Below, in pieces: positions 19,989 through 29,214 of a stretch of DNA of 51,590 nt. Every line of letters starts with the position of its first letter. The stretch's first letter is position 1. A program made the position numbers and the translations under genes. This DNA comes from Candidatus Micrarchaeia archaeon (lineage in GTDB: Archaea; Micrarchaeota; Micrarchaeia; Burarchaeales; JAVZCV01). The stretch is taken from positions 1 to 51,590 of the forward strand of contig JAVZCV010000005.1 in the NCBI GenBank assembly GCA_038874215.1. The letters run 5' to 3'. The notes under the pieces were generated by a model. It was not told the origin of the DNA. It saw only the letters and a list, made by a program, of their open reading frames with translations, and made no database searches.

Positions 19989-20507
19989 ATGCAGAAAGGC
20001 ACTGTTATAATATACCATGGCGACGGCGAAGGCAAGACAATGGCTTCTATTGGGCATGCGGTGCGCGCCCTTGGCCACGGTGCAAAGGTAGCGCTCGTAT
20101 TCTTCATGAAGGGAAGAAAAGAGATAGGGGAATACACCCAGCTGAAAAAACTCCTTGGTGCGAATGTTTATCTCTGCGGTGATAAGCACTTCTTAAAGAA
20201 AACGAAATTCAGGGAAGCCCATAGAAAGAAGGTTGCAGAAGGCGTGAGGATCGCAAAGACAATTCTGGAAGCCCAAACGCACGGTTTGCTCGTGCTTGAC
20301 GAGATACTTTATGCTGTAAAATTCGGGCTTCTAAGCGAGCAAGAACTTCTTTCTCTTGTTGATATGAGGGGAAAAACGAGCCTTATCATAACGGGCAGAG
20401 AGCCGAGCAAAGAACTGAAAAAAAGAGCCTATGTAATAACAAAGATGGTCAAGGAAAAGCATGGCTACGAGAAAAACCATAAGACTATTGAAGGGCTTGA
20501 TTTCTAG
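19989..20507 (+). CDS. cobO: Cob(I)alamin adenosyltransferase (CobO/BtuR type)
   Basis: IYHGDGEGKT.ASIG.AVRALG.G, LVLDEI and LIITGR motifs. Confidence 0.85.
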   Translation: MQKGTVIIYHGDGEGKTMASIGHAVRALGHGAKVALVFFMKGRKEIGEYTQLKKLLGANVYLCGDKHFLKKTKFREAHRKKVAEGVRIAKTILEAQTHGLLVLDEILYAVKFGLLSEQELLSLVDMRGKTSLIITGREPSKELKKRAYVITKMVKEKHGYEKNHKTIEGLDF

Positions 20508-20901
20508 CTTTTTCCAAAAATCCCCTCATTATCAGTTCGTGGTCAAAAGCCAATTCTGGCAAATCCTTAATGTCAAACCATCTTGCTTCAGTTGCATCGT
20601 CGCTTCCTTTCAGCCTGCCACCGCTTTTCCTACATTGATATGCAACAGAAACGGTATGCCCACGAGGGTCTCGTGCAGGATCCGAGAAAACACCAACCAG
20701 ATCCAAAATTTCAACATCAAGCCCTGTCTCCTCCTTAACTTCCCGAATACAAGCTTTTTCGCACGTCTCCCCATACTCAACAAATCCGCCAGGCAGAGCC
20801 CACTTCCCAGCAAAAGGTGGGTTCTTTCGCCTAACCAAAACAACTCGCTCCCCATCAACTATTATTGCATCCACAACAAGAAAAGGCCTTCTTTTGCCCA
20901 T
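20485..20901 (-). CDS. NUDIX hydrolase (ADP-ribose pyrophosphatase-like)
   Basis: WALPGGFVEYGET.EKACIREVKEETGL Nudix box; RDPRGH; LAFDH. Confidence 0.95.
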   Translation of the reverse strand: MGKRRPFLVVDAIIVDGERVVLVRRKNPPFAGKWALPGGFVEYGETCEKACIREVKEETGLDVEILDLVGVFSDPARDPRGHTVSVAYQCRKSGGRLKGSDDATEARWFDIKDLPELAFDHELIMRGFLEKARNQALQ

Positions 20902-20913
20902 AATATACCTCCT

Positions 20914-21957
20914 TTATTGACTCTTCCCAAAAATCGGCAAACGCGGCTGGGCTTCTTTGTTCTCTTCCTGCTTAACCGTTTTTCTTCCCCCCCACTGCTC
21001 GCTGCTTCCACGTGCAACAAACTTGTAGACTTCGGCATCCGCTCCAAAATTATGCCTAACCTGTTCCTCACTTTTGGGCGATAAACTTTCATAAATCACG
21101 ACAAGCGATGGGCGAAGAGTGCGCACTCTTGCCAGCGTTTCATCTCCAACAAGGCACCTTAAATCTCCATCAGAGTGCATCCTCCGCAATCTCTCTCTTA
21201 TCTTTTTTCCCATATCCCCCCTATACTGTTGTATGGTTATGCCATTTTGAACTAGTTTCTCAACTATCGCTTCAATCGTCTCCCTATTTCGCGCTATTAT
21301 AACTGCGCTCGCAGGCGCCCTATTGGTAAAAAGCCATAAAAGATACCCCATTTTACTTACTTCTGCATCATCAGATATCCCCTGCGCAAGCTGTACTGCA
21401 CGCCTTATATTTTCGCTATTGCTTAGAATTTTGAATGCTTCAGTTTTATCCTGCCTCATATGTTCATCAAACCAAACCAAAAACGCTTGTGCTCCCCCCT
21501 TTTCAAAAACATCCCTTGCCTCCATAAGCCTGTTAATATTGGTATAAAGCGAGTATGCTTCCATTGCACGGGCATGGAGCTCTTCCGCTCTTTCATACGG
21601 TTCTGCATTCCCCCTTTTTGAAATTATATGCTCTGGGCTCTCAAGCCTATTCCTATTCTCAAGCATAACTTTGCATATTCTTCTGCCCAACCGATTCCAT
21701 TCTTGTGGAGTTATAATTCTTGCGCCTCTGCTAATGAAACCGAGATCTGCTAATACTTCTATTATAAAATCCTTCTCCGCATCCAATAACCTCAACACTT
21801 CTCTACCCTCGCTTCCTTGGGAAAACCAGATGGTTTTGTTGCCTGGTTCTCCAGTTTCTAGCACAGACGGTTTTCGCATTTCTTTATTTTCTGGAATTCC
21901 GAAAAGCCGCGGTTGTTGCAATACACGATTTCTACTAATGCGAGTAGCATATCTCAT
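20914..21957 (-). CDS. Degenerate Hef/FANCM-like SF2 helicase fragment (insertion domain plus RecA2)
   Basis: C-terminal half aligns by eye with helicase RecA2 (SKM..LL; VIIARNRETIE.I; LVVIYE; VY.FVARGSSEQ); Walker A/DEAH domain and motif VI are missing. Confidence 0.55.
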   Translation of the reverse strand: MRYATRISRNRVLQQPRLFGIPENKEMRKPSVLETGEPGNKTIWFSQGSEGREVLRLLDAEKDFIIEVLADLGFISRGARIITPQEWNRLGRRICKVMLENRNRLESPEHIISKRGNAEPYERAEELHARAMEAYSLYTNINRLMEARDVFEKGGAQAFLVWFDEHMRQDKTEAFKILSNSENIRRAVQLAQGISDDAEVSKMGYLLWLFTNRAPASAVIIARNRETIEAIVEKLVQNGITIQQYRGDMGKKIRERLRRMHSDGDLRCLVGDETLARVRTLRPSLVVIYESLSPKSEEQVRHNFGADAEVYKFVARGSSEQWGGRKTVKQEENKEAQPRLPIFGKSQ

Positions 21958-22021
21958 TTAAGCACCATCAAAACAATTTTATTTTTGCATGTTCTCATTT
22001 ATATAGTTTAGCGGTGTTTGC

Positions 22022-22840
22022 TTGTTTTCACAAAAGCAGCGGTTACTAAGAACAAACAGTTTACCAGAATGGCGGTTTTCTGCCAGACTTCTTGGACCAG
22101 ACAGGCATCTTGCTAGCATGGAAAAAATGCTTGAACGCCAACTTGAGGACCGCATAAATTTGGCCAATAACTATGCTCATGAATTCATTCTCCCCAATAA
22201 GGAAGTGCTAGGAGTAGCTGTTGTCGGATCTGTCGCATTCGGCGTACCCCCATCACAAAAAAGCGATGTTGACCTATTGGTAATAACATCAAACGCTCGT
22301 CGGGTAAAAGAGGTGGTTCCAGAAATCCGGCTGCTGCGTTCTATTAGTATATTTGTAAGAACAACAGACGAGTTTTTCCATCAACATTCAACAAAGACAT
22401 TGGTTGATTTAGTTGGAGCGAAGACATACATAGCGCTTTCCAGCATGAAGCCAATAAAGCGCTTGGTAAAGTTTATCCTTACAGAGCCAGTATGGCGAAG
22501 GATAAGCCAACATACTGTTTTTCCAGAACGCGTTTTGAGCTACATACCTATTTTTGACCCATACAACATAATTCACAGCATGAGTCGACTAGTTGCTTCT
22601 TTTGCGGACGCCGACATAGCGAGCCTATATGCTCCCATGGGGCTAAAAAAAATCGTTTTCTCTTTCTTGCGAAGACAAATACCTATGGAAGAACTCCACC
22701 AAATTATCACATTGATTCTCAAATCAGACATAAAGTGGAATTATTATCTTAAGCGTTTTCGTGCTTTCTTTTCAGGAACTCCTTTTGAAGACGACATAAC
22801 CCTACTTCATAAGGCGATAAAAAGAGGAAGAGTCCAATGA
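22022..22840 (+). CDS. Pol beta-type nucleotidyltransferase domain protein
   Basis: VVGSVAFG...SDVDLLVI (GS plus DxD); start uncertain (TTG 22022 or ATG 22118). Confidence 0.7.
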   Translation: MFSQKQRLLRTNSLPEWRFSARLLGPDRHLASMEKMLERQLEDRINLANNYAHEFILPNKEVLGVAVVGSVAFGVPPSQKSDVDLLVITSNARRVKEVVPEIRLLRSISIFVRTTDEFFHQHSTKTLVDLVGAKTYIALSSMKPIKRLVKFILTEPVWRRISQHTVFPERVLSYIPIFDPYNIIHSMSRLVASFADADIASLYAPMGLKKIVFSFLRRQIPMEELHQIITLILKSDIKWNYYLKRFRAFFSGTPFEDDITLLHKAIKRGRVQ

Positions 22841-22890
22841 TGGCTAAGCAATTTAAAATTAAACATACATCGCTAAATACTGCGTAGCAT

Positions 22891-23024
22891 GGGCTCGTAG
22901 CTCAGCTTGGACAGAGCGGCACCCTCCTATCCAGGGGCTCCACCCCTCTAAAATAGTTGTGTGGCCGAAGCTTGTTTGGGGCGGAGTTAGGTGAAGGCCG
23001 AGGGTTCAAATCCCTCCGAGCCCG
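22891..23024 (+). tRNA. tRNA-Arg(CCT) with 59-nt intron at canonical position 37/38 (22930-22988)
   Basis: Acceptor GGGCTCG/CGAGCCC, D-stem GCTC/GAGC, anticodon CCT at 22926-22928, T-arm GAGGG-TTCAAAT-CCCTC; BHB-like junction CUCC/GGAG with UAU and UUA bulges; no encoded CCA. Confidence 0.88.
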
Positions 23025-23074
23025 CTTCCCATCAGCGTTAATGTTTTATCCTCACCCAGATAGATATTAAACGT

Positions 23075-23159
23075 GCAGGGATGGCGGAGCCTGGTCAAAC
23101 GCGTACGGTTCAGGGCCGTATGACTTAGGTCTGCGTGGGTTCAAATCCCACTCCCTGCA
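23075..23159 (+). tRNA. tRNA-Leu(CAG)
   Basis: Acceptor GCAGGGA/TCCCTGC, anticodon arm TACGG-TTCAGGG-CCGTA, long variable arm, T-arm GTGGG-TTCAAAT-CCCAC, discriminator A. Confidence 0.95.
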
Positions 23160-23220
23160 CTTTGGCTTCTTAACCATGTGGTAAAGAAAGGAAAAGAACG
23201 CAACTGATGAAGGTGTTGCC

Positions 23221-24144
23221 ATGGCTTCAAAAAAAAGCGTCGCCGTCCGCGATATGCGTCTTAGGAGAGATATGAGTATTAAAGAACTTTTAAACCAGAT
23301 GTACTGCTCCGGCGGATTTACGGCAAAACATGTAGCAATAGGCCATCAAATACTAAAAAAAATGCTCTCTGATGAAAAATGCACCAACTTTCTTTCCTTC
23401 CCAGCGTGTATCGTATCAACAGGTCTAAGGGGCGTGCTCGCACAGGCAGTAAAACATTTTGATGTTATAATAACCACGTGTGGCACGCTTGACCACGATC
23501 TGGCAAGGGCATGGGGTGGTGAATACCTTCACGGAACCTTCTCCGCTGATGATAGAAAACTTCACAGGAAGGGCATAAACCGCATCGGCAATATATTCGT
23601 TTCAAACGAAAGCTATGGGAGGATAATTGAAAGAAAGATGCAGCCCATTCTCAAAGAACTCTCGGATAAAAAATCGGAGTGGGGCGGAAGAGAACTGATA
23701 GGCGAGTTTGGCAGGAGATTAAAAGACAGGAATTCAATCTTATGCCAAGCGGCAAGGCATAACGTACCAATTTACGTGCCCGGTTTCTTTGATGGTGCTT
23801 TCGGCACCCAAATTCTTCTTTTCTCACAGGACAGGAAGATAAAAATAGACTTGATAAAAGATGAGAAAGAGCTTTGCGACATCATCTTTGAATCTAAGAG
23901 AACTGGTGCGCTCATGATGGGGGGCGGTATCTCAAAGCACCATACCATATGGTGGAACCAGTTTAAAGGCGGGCTTGATTACGCCGTATACATAACAACG
24001 GCAACGCAATACGATGGAAGTCTCTCTGGCGCACGGCTTGAAGAAGCGATTTCATGGGGAAAAATAAAGGAAAACGCCCGTTTTGTTACGATTGATGGAG
24101 ATGCGACCGTTATACTCCCACTTCTAATTCTACCGTTGCTCTAA
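23221..24144 (+). CDS. dys: Deoxyhypusine synthase
   Basis: STGLRG, GGGISKHH and DGSLSGARLEEAISWGK (catalytic Lys) motifs. Confidence 0.95.
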   Translation: MASKKSVAVRDMRLRRDMSIKELLNQMYCSGGFTAKHVAIGHQILKKMLSDEKCTNFLSFPACIVSTGLRGVLAQAVKHFDVIITTCGTLDHDLARAWGGEYLHGTFSADDRKLHRKGINRIGNIFVSNESYGRIIERKMQPILKELSDKKSEWGGRELIGEFGRRLKDRNSILCQAARHNVPIYVPGFFDGAFGTQILLFSQDRKIKIDLIKDEKELCDIIFESKRTGALMMGGGISKHHTIWWNQFKGGLDYAVYITTATQYDGSLSGARLEEAISWGKIKENARFVTIDGDATVILPLLILPLL

Positions 24145-24767
24145 CTGCTTTCCAACAGCCTTGCTATTTCTCTTCCAAACTTCGTAGCCGACTTTGGACC
24201 GTCTGCAGTAATGATTTTCCCATCAACCTGCACATCTGCACCTGTATGCATTGCGCCCGCATCCGCCAACATTGATTTTGTAGTTCCGTCTGGGTATGAG
24301 GTTACTCTTTTTCCCTTTACTACTCCTGCTCTTGCGAGTATCCGAGGCGCTATGCATATTGCTCCAACGACTTTATTCTGACCAACTGACTCTCTTGCTA
24401 TACGCAGAACATCTTCGTCTTCATAGAGAAGGTTTTCCTCCACTCCTATTCCGCCAACAAAAACAATAGCAGCGTATTCGCTTATATTTGCCTCTGAAAC
24501 ATGCAGTGATGCGGTTGCCCTGCCGCCAAGCATGCCCCGTGCTTCCCCCTTTCTTGTGCTCGCCAAAAAAGTCGCATATCCTGCCGATTCAATCTCTCTC
24601 CTCGTATCAAAAAGCTCCTCATCCCTGAAGTCAGAAGGCGCTATCACAAGAAGCACTTTGCCCTTTCCGCCAACCCCCCTGACCTGCTCAGCAGTCTGCA
24701 TCGCACATCCTGCTATAAAAATGCCTGAAACGAGCCCCGAAAAAACTAAAAGCCTACCTACCACCAT
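24141..24767 (-). CDS. DJ-1/PfpI family protein with lipoprotein-type signal
   Basis: FRDEEL, FVGGIG and GAICIAP (nucleophilic Cys); N-terminal h-region ending IAGC. Confidence 0.88.
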   Translation of the reverse strand: MVVGRLLVFSGLVSGIFIAGCAMQTAEQVRGVGGKGKVLLVIAPSDFRDEELFDTRREIESAGYATFLASTRKGEARGMLGGRATASLHVSEANISEYAAIVFVGGIGVEENLLYEDEDVLRIARESVGQNKVVGAICIAPRILARAGVVKGKRVTSYPDGTTKSMLADAGAMHTGADVQVDGKIITADGPKSATKFGREIARLLESS

Positions 24768-24804
24768 GGCATCACTTTTTATACTATAAACACCATATAT
24801 TATT

Positions 24805-27390
24805 ATGGCTTTTGATGGTTATGGTAGAGGGCAGCCTAGACAACAACACCCACATATAGAAAGAATTTTGAAATGTGCAAAAAACCTGCCTCATTTGCAT
24901 GAAAGCGCCATAATAAGCACGATCGTTCTTAGGAGAGTCGCGCAAGAAATTTTTATGCGTTTTCAGTCTGGCAGGATTTCTCTGCCATTTGGAAATTACA
25001 AAATACACTTCTATTCTACTCAATACAGCAAGCCGTCCGATCCCATGGATGACCATGCAGGCTTATCCATTATGCCCGTCATGGGGAGTAAGGAAGTCCT
25101 AGTGGCATACCGCTATAAATCTGTAACCTCAATAGCTGCGAAAAGGGGAAAATATGGAGGAGCGGTTTGCCGAAGCCCTACGCAGAGTAGTACCCCATCA
25201 CTTTCTGATATTGAAACTGCTCTCTCCAAACTACGCGCACAAATTGCATCTTTCGAATTACAACAATCACCGAAGATTAAGGAACTGCTTGATCTAATTG
25301 AGAGAAGGCAACAGTTAGTAAAAGGAATTTTTGATTTTGTTGGACATACAAGAATAGATACGGACAGGGCTTATGCACCGCTAACATCTCAGATCCTTGC
25401 AGAAATAGATGAGATTTCAGCTAAATTACGAGATATTCCTCATCATCTAGCTAAAAAGGAAAATGTTGCAAGTCGCATGGAACGTGTAGCACCCGATAGA
25501 GATAAGCGCTGGCCTCTTAATGCCGATGACGCCAAAGAAATTGTAGAAGCCTTAGCATCCGCTGGGATGAAGGAAAAGTTAACAGAAGCAATAAGCGCCT
25601 ACTTGGAAGCAGAATTGCAAAATATCGGAGCGGGCGTTATGGACTACACTTTCTCGGAGAGAGTTGGGGAGATCGCAGATGGCCTCCTGCTCCTGTTAAG
25701 AAATTACCAAGATACTCTGCAGAATGCCCAGCAGGCATACATTGATATCGGGATGGTTGGTGTTGCAAACGCCCTGAATGCCATCGGTTCAAAAATACAC
25801 GGGCTGGAGAATAGAGTTAACGATATAAAAATGCAGAGAGATTCTGGAGATATCGTCACTGTATTCGGTCTTGTATGCCAAGCAGGACATCTGCGTTCAG
25901 ACATCCTTGAAACTTTGTATGATACCTACCTCCAAATTCTACGAATGGCAAAGAGAATAGCGAAGAGCGGCGGGGATACGCGGCAGCTTGAATGCGTTCT
26001 TGATTCAATTGAATGCATGTTCTTTGAACTTGCAAGAATAGACGCAACGAGGGAATTAAAATTCTGGAATGAACTTACCCAAGGACCGATGGGGAAGAAA
26101 ATACCGAAAAGACAAAGGCGAGCAATCGCCAGATACATCCAACATCTGAGCTCCATTGCAGGCATAGTTTCTGACGAGACGGATAAGGGAAGAGAAGAGT
26201 ATATACAGAACAAAAAAAGCTCTTCTGTTTTGGAGCAGAGCCTATGTGAAAAAATCAACGAACTACATGCGGTATCACCCATAGAGGCAGAAGCCCTAAG
26301 AAGTTATTATATGGATATCAAATCCCATAGGCGTTATAAATTAGGGGATTTGCTTCCGCCACCCGCAGTAATTTTAACACCAGAAAAGCTTGCACAAACT
26401 GCACTGGAGCTCATATATGCCGCGAGGGCAAAAGGAGAAACAACGGGAATAACGGTTTTCGGCATTCCTCTTGAAAACTATGAAAACCATTTGCGCGAGC
26501 AGCTCATTTCATTGTTAAACATAAATGCGCGGATTATAGCTACTCTGGGTGATATACCCATTGTACTAACCATGCTAATCGGAGATAAAATCGGTTTTGA
26601 TACAGAAAGCAGGCTAAACATCATCAATTTGCTTGATGGTATCCCCAGAAATATTATTGCTATCGCAGACCGCGTAGGTTACATGGATCATTACATTCAT
26701 GACATGTTCCCCGATTTGGAGCGCTTGCTTGCGAGGGGATCCACGAATGAGCCAATTACAATACCATATACAGAGCAATTTGACGGCGATACAATTATAA
26801 TAACGCTCCAAAAGCCCGAGGGAAAGCATGCGGATTTGTTTGAAGAACCGATTACAATTCGTGTACCTCTTCATCCATCTATAACTCATTCTGCTATGGA
26901 GACAACCGAACGAAATGTAGATGAACTATACATTGGTGAAAGATTTGGTGTAAACGAAGTACTGAGGTTACCCAAGCCAAATATCCCCGCCCTCTTTAAA
27001 GAAATACGGGAGAGCACAGAAGAGCCTGCTTTCGCCTATTGCTGTATTGTGGGCGGGGTGGTGAGCAGATTGGAGGAGAACACCCGTGTAAAAGCCCAAT
27101 TTCCAAATGACCAAGACTTGTTCTATGCTTTCTACTCCTATCAGCATCCTTTCTGCGGTGTTATAACAAGGTTTGGAGAAACTGCACCAGCCGTGGTTGG
27201 CGGAGAAAATACGCTTGCCAGTCATACATCTACTACAAGAGGGGATGACTACTACAATAAAGCAACATCGCAACTCTCTGGTCTACGAAGGTTTGTTGCA
27301 ATGAGCTCAATGGCAGACGAAATGCACATGTATCTCCCAAACGCAATAATGGAAACCCTAACCCAAATTGGGTCGTTTTTTGGTCCTTAA
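24805..27390 (+). CDS. Large hypothetical protein (861 aa, mostly helical)
   Basis: Uninterrupted 2.6-kb ORF filling the intergenic space; no recognised motif. Confidence 0.75.
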   Translation: MAFDGYGRGQPRQQHPHIERILKCAKNLPHLHESAIISTIVLRRVAQEIFMRFQSGRISLPFGNYKIHFYSTQYSKPSDPMDDHAGLSIMPVMGSKEVLVAYRYKSVTSIAAKRGKYGGAVCRSPTQSSTPSLSDIETALSKLRAQIASFELQQSPKIKELLDLIERRQQLVKGIFDFVGHTRIDTDRAYAPLTSQILAEIDEISAKLRDIPHHLAKKENVASRMERVAPDRDKRWPLNADDAKEIVEALASAGMKEKLTEAISAYLEAELQNIGAGVMDYTFSERVGEIADGLLLLLRNYQDTLQNAQQAYIDIGMVGVANALNAIGSKIHGLENRVNDIKMQRDSGDIVTVFGLVCQAGHLRSDILETLYDTYLQILRMAKRIAKSGGDTRQLECVLDSIECMFFELARIDATRELKFWNELTQGPMGKKIPKRQRRAIARYIQHLSSIAGIVSDETDKGREEYIQNKKSSSVLEQSLCEKINELHAVSPIEAEALRSYYMDIKSHRRYKLGDLLPPPAVILTPEKLAQTALELIYAARAKGETTGITVFGIPLENYENHLREQLISLLNINARIIATLGDIPIVLTMLIGDKIGFDTESRLNIINLLDGIPRNIIAIADRVGYMDHYIHDMFPDLERLLARGSTNEPITIPYTEQFDGDTIIITLQKPEGKHADLFEEPITIRVPLHPSITHSAMETTERNVDELYIGERFGVNEVLRLPKPNIPALFKEIRESTEEPAFAYCCIVGGVVSRLEENTRVKAQFPNDQDLFYAFYSYQHPFCGVITRFGETAPAVVGGENTLASHTSTTRGDDYYNKATSQLSGLRRFVAMSSMADEMHMYLPNAIMETLTQIGSFFGP

Positions 27391-27454
27391 TATTTATCGG
27401 CTAAAACTGCACCAAATTTATATAACTATGCACAGTTATTCCTTTGGTGTTTTT

Positions 27455-27742
27455 ATGAAAATCTCTGAACTGAAGCCCGGTACGGGTAATGCCACAGTGG
27501 AAGCCAAAGTGGTTTCTATTGAAGAGCCGAGAGATGTTCTGACAAGATATGGGAAAAAAACAAGAGTTGCAAGAGCCATAATAGAAGATGATACAGGTCA
27601 GGTTTCGCTTACGCTATGGGGGGACGAGGTTAACGCAGTAAAAGAAGGCGAGCATATACGAATAGAGGATGGATGGGTTTCAGAGTACATGGGGAACTTG
27701 CAGATATCAACAGGCAAATACGGGCGTCTCGTTAAATTATAG
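27455..27742 (+). CDS. ssb: Single-stranded DNA-binding protein, single OB fold
   Basis: MKISELKPG...IEDDTGQVSLTLWG...GKYGRL, matching archaeal SSB/RPA OB folds; ATG after GGTG. Confidence 0.88.
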   Translation: MKISELKPGTGNATVEAKVVSIEEPRDVLTRYGKKTRVARAIIEDDTGQVSLTLWGDEVNAVKEGEHIRIEDGWVSEYMGNLQISTGKYGRLVKL

Positions 27743-28036
27743 CCGATGCTTATTTGAGTATATCTTTTCAAGATAGCGCAGGTTGTGCTCCGCCATTATT
27801 AGCTCAAGGTCGTGGCGTATCCCCATAACCTCATAAACACGCATATGCGCCCTAACTTTTCCGAGCGGAAGTTTCTTCTTCTCCTCTATACCCTCAACAT
27901 ATCCGTTAGGGACTATTATTTTATCCCCAGCTTTTATTATGAGCCCGTTCTCCTTTACAACCATCTCCCCTTCCTTGGTGTTAAGCAAAATAGGGAACGA
28001 TGTTATAGTTTTACCGAGAAAAGCTGGCTCTTCCAT
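27737..28036 (-). CDS. Small hypothetical protein (possible PH-like fold)
   Basis: ATG 28036 after GGTG, with TATA-like TATATA upstream; beta-rich with a terminal helix. Confidence 0.55.
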   Translation of the reverse strand: MEEPAFLGKTITSFPILLNTKEGEMVVKENGLIIKAGDKIIVPNGYVEGIEEKKKLPLGKVRAHMRVYEVMGIRHDLELIMAEHNLRYLEKIYSNKHRL

Positions 28037-28094
28037 AAAAAACACCAGAGTATATATCAATCAGCGTTTAGTTTAAATTAGTAGTGCTTTTTGG

Positions 28095-28114
28095 AAAATA
28101 AAAAAGAAAAAGAA
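28095..28114 (-). terminator. Oligo-T terminator downstream of the ftsZ pair
   Basis: Minus strand reads TTCTTTTTCTTTTTTATTTT just after the stop codon. Confidence 0.55.
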
Positions 28115-28119
28115 GAGGC

Positions 28120-29187
28120 CTAATACCTTATCTCATCAAGGCCTGCAAGAATTTCCTTAGCAGCCTTCTCTGCGCCAGCCTGCACATCTGCGATGATGTT
28201 CTCCGAGGTTATGCCCGTCATTATTGCAACAACAGTAACCCCATCGCCTGCTTCGGGTGTCAGTCTCGCACCAAATATCACATTCGCATCTTCTGGCAAT
28301 GCCTGCGTTATTTTTTCTCCAATCGTCGTCGCTTCCCCGAGTGTAAGCTGGGTTCCACCTTCAATGTGCAGCAATGCGCCCCTTGCCTTACTGCAATCCA
28401 CATCAAGCAACGGGTGTTCAAGCGTATTCCTGACAACCATATCCACCCTGTCATTCCCCCTTCCTTCCCCTACAGATATCAACGCCAATCCTGACGAAGC
28501 CATTATTGCTTTCAAATCTGCATAATCAATGTTGATAAGGCTTGGAAAGATTATCGTATCTGATATCCCTGCTACCGCTTTAGCCGTTATCTCATCTGCA
28601 ACAGCAAACGCTTGGTTTATCGGAAGGTTTGGCACGTATGTTGCGAGCCTGTTGTTGTCTATCACCACCACACTATCGCAGTGCTTCATCAGTTGCTCAA
28701 GTCCCCATACCGCCTTCTTTATTCTTGCTCTTTCTAGTGCAAACGGCAGTGTAACGAAAGAAACAACTATTGCGCCCTGCTCTTTTGCAACTTCTGCTAT
28801 AACTGGCGACGCACCTGTTCCCGTCCCACCGCCAAGACCTGTGCATATAAAAACGAGCTCAGAGTTGCCAACCACTTCTCTTATCTTATCTTTGCTTACC
28901 TCTGCACACCTCATGGCCACTTCTGGGAAACCGCCCGCACCCAGACCTTTTGTTATTTTCTCCCCTATAAGGATCCTCCTGTTCGCTTCTGTGATCTTAA
29001 GGTGCAACTGGTCCGTATTCACCGCTACGGTCTCAGCGCTTTTTATCCCCCTTTTCGTCAATCTCGTTACTGTGTTGCAACCCGCACCGCCGACTCCAAT
29101 AACCTGAATGCGTATTCTATCGTTCGATAACGTTGTCTCCTCATGCGGCCTTTTTTCGCCGATTACCGAGTTTATCAAATCTTCCAT
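28120..29187 (-). CDS. ftsZ: Cell division protein FtsZ (archaeal FtsZ2-like)
   Basis: GVGGAGCN, GGGTGTG signature, T7 loop SLINIDYAD. Confidence 0.96.
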   Translation of the reverse strand: MEDLINSVIGEKRPHEETTLSNDRIRIQVIGVGGAGCNTVTRLTKRGIKSAETVAVNTDQLHLKITEANRRILIGEKITKGLGAGGFPEVAMRCAEVSKDKIREVVGNSELVFICTGLGGGTGTGASPVIAEVAKEQGAIVVSFVTLPFALERARIKKAVWGLEQLMKHCDSVVVIDNNRLATYVPNLPINQAFAVADEITAKAVAGISDTIIFPSLINIDYADLKAIMASSGLALISVGEGRGNDRVDMVVRNTLEHPLLDVDCSKARGALLHIEGGTQLTLGEATTIGEKITQALPEDANVIFGARLTPEAGDGVTVVAIMTGITSENIIADVQAGAEKAAKEILAGLDEIRY

Positions 29188-29214
29188 AAACTCACCCGTA
29201 GGCCAACGTGCGGG

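Noticed and set aside
22955-22985. tRNA D-arm-like relic or C/D-box guide inside the tRNA-Arg intron (TGGCCGAAGCTTGTTTGGGGCG)
   Set aside because: The match is short with no acceptor or T-arm partner, and there are no RUGAUGA/CUGA boxes; it is compatible with chance.
27140-27175. Fic motif in the 861-aa orphan (HPFCGVITR)
   Set aside because: It lacks the GNGR portion of HPFxxGNGR.
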